DNA of 64,000 nucleotides from Alphaproteobacteria bacterium (GTDB lineage Bacteria; Pseudomonadota; Alphaproteobacteria; JBFXJJ01): NCBI GenBank assembly GCA_050175015.1, contig JBFXJJ010000001.1, positions 224,001 to 288,000 of the forward strand, read 5' to 3'. Shown piece by piece: positions 61,412 to 64,000 of this stretch (position 1 is its first letter; each line of letters starts with the position of its first letter). The notes under the pieces were generated by a model. It saw only the letters and a program-made list of their open reading frames with translations, ran no database searches and was not told where the DNA came from. The position numbers and the translations under genes were made by a program.

Positions 61412-63250
61412 ATGACTGAAAATAGAGTAGATATTTTAAGAAAAGAGCTAAAAAATCAAAAGATTGATGGTTTTATTATTCCTCACGGTGATGAGTTTCG
61501 TTCAGAAAATCTGCCAGAAAGTTCCAAACGATTAGAATGGCTCACAGGATTTTCCGGTTCTGCGGGGACGGCAATTGTTTTAGAAGATAAAGCGGTCTTA
61601 TTTGTTGATGGCAGATATACTCTACAGGCTCCTAAAGAAGTTGACACTAAAATTTTTGAAATTGTCAATGTGTCGGATAAATCGCCAGCCGAATGGATTG
61701 CTGAAAATCTTGGAAAAGATAAAGTTGTTGGCTATGATTCGTGGCTTCATACTACCAATGAAGTAGAGCGTTTTGAAAAAGCGTGTAAAAATGCAGGAGG
61801 CAGTCTTAACTCTGTTGCTAATGCCGTTGATGCCGTATGGAATGACCGCCCAGCAGCTCCTAAAGGAAAAATTTTTGAGCATCCTTTAGAATTTTCTGGG
61901 GTTCAAAGCGAGTATAAAAGACGCAAAATAGCATCTGATATGAAAAAAGATAAAGTCAAAGCCGCCTTTATAAGCGATCCTTCATCTGTTGCTTGGCTTT
62001 TAAATATTAGAGGCAGTGATGTTGATTTTTCACCGCTTCCATTGTCTTTTGCTGTGCTTCATTCTGATGCCAGTGTTGATTTATTAATTGATAAAGACAA
62101 AGTCGATGAAAAAACCGCAGAGTATCTAGGGGATAAAGTTAGAATTGTTCCAATGGATAAGATCGATACTTTAATGAAAGACCTGGCTAAAGGTGATGAA
62201 GATCAACGAATTCAAATAGATAGTGGTTCTGCACCTTCAAAAGTATTAGAGATACTGAGGCAAAATCAGGCTAGAATTAAAGATGATGCGGATCCTTGTC
62301 AACTTCCTAAAGCGTGTAAAAATAATGTTGAAATTGAAGGTTCTCGTAAAGCGCATATTAAAGACGGGGTTGCGGTTACCAAGTTTTTAGCTTGGTTTGA
62401 AGAGGCTGCCACTAAAGAGAATTTAACAGAAGTTGATGCGGCGCAAAAACTAGAAAGCTTTAGAGCTCTTGATAAGGATTATCGAGGCGCAAGCTTTGAA
62501 ACAATCCCAGCAACAGGGGCAAACGGAGCAGTTGTGCATTATCACGCTTCAAAAGAGCATAGCAGCACAATTAAAAACGGAGATGTCTTTTTGCTTGATT
62601 CAGGAGGGCAGTACCCTTTCGGTACAACTGATATTACTAGAACCGTAATTGTTGGAAGCAAGGCAAGTGATGAAGAAAAATCTAGATATACTGCGGTTTT
62701 AAAAGGTCATATAGCCTTAGCTGCGGCTCGTTTTCCTGAAGGCACAACGGGCAATCAGTTAGATGTTTTGGCTCGAAAAGCGTTGTGGGACGAAGGGCTT
62801 GATTATGCGCATGGCACAGGTCATGGCGTTGGAAGTTATTTAGAAGTTCACGAAGGTCCGCAAAGCATTTCTCCTCGTGCTGGCAATAAAACACAGCTTA
62901 AAACAGGAATGATTATTTCTAATGAACCTGGTTATTATGAAGAAGGCAATTTTGGCATAAGATTAGAAAATCTAATTTGTGTTAAAGAGCCAAAAGATGC
63001 AGAAAAAACATCTTTAAAGAAATCATATGAATTTGAAACCCTAACTTTGGTTCCTTTTGATAGGAATTTGATTAAAGCTAATGATTTAAGCGACCAAGAA
63101 CTCAAATGGCTTAATGATTACCATAACGAAGTTCAGAAGACATTAGTTCCTTTAGTTGATGAAAAAACAGCGGCTTGGTTAAAAAAAGCAACCAAACCGA
63201 TTGTTAAAAAAAACGTTAAGGCAGCGTTGACTAACAGTCAAAGTCGTTAA
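61412..63250 (+). CDS. Xaa-Pro aminopeptidase (aminopeptidase P, M24B) with C-terminal tail
   Basis: TGFSGSAG, DGRY, DSGGQY, DITRT, HGTGHG, HEGP, NEPGYY and GIRLE motifs; extra VKKNVKAALTNSQSR after the usual family end (WL...TKPI). Confidence 0.93.
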   Translation: MTENRVDILRKELKNQKIDGFIIPHGDEFRSENLPESSKRLEWLTGFSGSAGTAIVLEDKAVLFVDGRYTLQAPKEVDTKIFEIVNVSDKSPAEWIAENLGKDKVVGYDSWLHTTNEVERFEKACKNAGGSLNSVANAVDAVWNDRPAAPKGKIFEHPLEFSGVQSEYKRRKIASDMKKDKVKAAFISDPSSVAWLLNIRGSDVDFSPLPLSFAVLHSDASVDLLIDKDKVDEKTAEYLGDKVRIVPMDKIDTLMKDLAKGDEDQRIQIDSGSAPSKVLEILRQNQARIKDDADPCQLPKACKNNVEIEGSRKAHIKDGVAVTKFLAWFEEAATKENLTEVDAAQKLESFRALDKDYRGASFETIPATGANGAVVHYHASKEHSSTIKNGDVFLLDSGGQYPFGTTDITRTVIVGSKASDEEKSRYTAVLKGHIALAAARFPEGTTGNQLDVLARKALWDEGLDYAHGTGHGVGSYLEVHEGPQSISPRAGNKTQLKTGMIISNEPGYYEEGNFGIRLENLICVKEPKDAEKTSLKKSYEFETLTLVPFDRNLIKANDLSDQELKWLNDYHNEVQKTLVPLVDEKTAAWLKKATKPIVKKNVKAALTNSQSR

Positions 63251-63280
63251 AACTTACAATGAAAAAGTTTTGAGGAATTA

Positions 63281-63310
63281 TTAAAGGGACTTTTTTAAAA
63301 GTCCCTTTAA
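63281..63310. terminator. Hairpin between convergent genes
   Basis: ttaaagggactttt-tt-aaaagtccctttaa. Confidence 0.7.
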
Positions 63311-63434
63311 TTTATAAAGACGTTTGCAGTGACTTTGAAGATAACTAACTAAATTTTTTGACTGTAGTTTGTTGGTTGGGATGAAACCTATATAAAACAT
63401 ACTGTTAAGAAAAAAATCATTTTAAAATGATACG

Positions 63435-63998
63435 TTAATTTTTCTTTTTTCTTTTATTGCGAGGCAGCAAGATATTTAATATTTCATAGTCCATATCAAA
63501 AGCATCGTTTTTCTTAGCATAATCAAACGCGGTTTCTTCAAAGATGTTTTTGGCATAGATATTGGCTCCGCATTTGACTAAAGTTTTAACAACATCACGG
63601 CTTTTGCTGCTTTTGGCGGCAAGCATTAATACGGTAGAGCCAAGCAAATCATCTTTCGTTTCTAATTTAGCTCCAGCTTTTACCAACACTCTTATGATGT
63701 CAGGATTTTGGTTAAATTGAGCAGCCCACATTAAAGGCGTGATTCCAATCTTTAAATTAACATCAGCGCCTTCATCGATTATTGTTTTTATAACAGCGGG
63801 ATTGCTATTGTACCTAGCAGCTAAGATTAGTGGAGAATTTTCACTTTTTGCTAAAGCATTTGCCCCAGCTTTTACTAAAGCTTTGGCAACCTCGTGTTTT
63901 GTGTTATAGCGGCAAGCAAGCATTAACGCATTTTCATTTTGTTTGTTAGTATCGTCAATATCTGCTCCGAGTTTAAGTAAATCACTAATAAATAGGTG
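63435..63998 (-). CDS. Ankyrin-repeat protein (5' end beyond the window)
   Basis: Repeats SPLILAA, TPLMWAA, TVLMLAA and TAFDYA with LVKAGA; frame stays open to the window edge. Confidence 0.9.
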   Translation of the reverse strand, partial: HLFISDLLKLGADIDDTNKQNENALMLACRYNTKHEVAKALVKAGANALAKSENSPLILAARYNSNPAVIKTIIDEGADVNLKIGITPLMWAAQFNQNPDIIRVLVKAGAKLETKDDLLGSTVLMLAAKSSKSRDVVKTLVKCGANIYAKNIFEETAFDYAKKNDAFDMDYEILNILLPRNKRKKKN

Positions 63999-64000
63999 GT

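Overview
AT-rich chromosomal segment of an alphaproteobacterium with Rhodospirillales-like gene order; the taxon is inferred from synteny only. Most of it is core genome: parB-holA-lptE-leuS-DUF3576, porin, yggS, xth-lolA-ftsK, nfuA-DUF2333-trpS-murJ, hprK-rapZ-EIIA-HPr-EI-ahcY, aroK-aroB-corC, xerD, lptF-lptD-surA-rsmA, NAD-glutamate dehydrogenase and two MCPs. I saw no rRNA, tRNA or CRISPR array. Main unexplained signals: (1) Four unrelated proteins without signal peptides (an extended MalQ, an aminopeptidase P, an HExxH orphan and a small orphan) share a C-terminal tail of a short hydrophobic helix, polar residues and a terminal Arg. A membrane-anchored protein with 3-4 tandem VirB8-like domains lies in the same window. 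Together they suggest type IV secretion of repurposed catabolic enzymes (inference). (2) A ~230-nt GC-rich, multi-stem candidate RNA with mutually exclusive pairings lies upstream of an MCP. (3) A modular family of intergenic palindromic repeats. (4) ParB with a ~275-aa acidic tail. (5) A lone intact integrase with duplicated arm-type repeats. (6) lptG and pdxA are missing from their usual operon. (7) An MCP is broken by an apparent internal deletion and frameshift.
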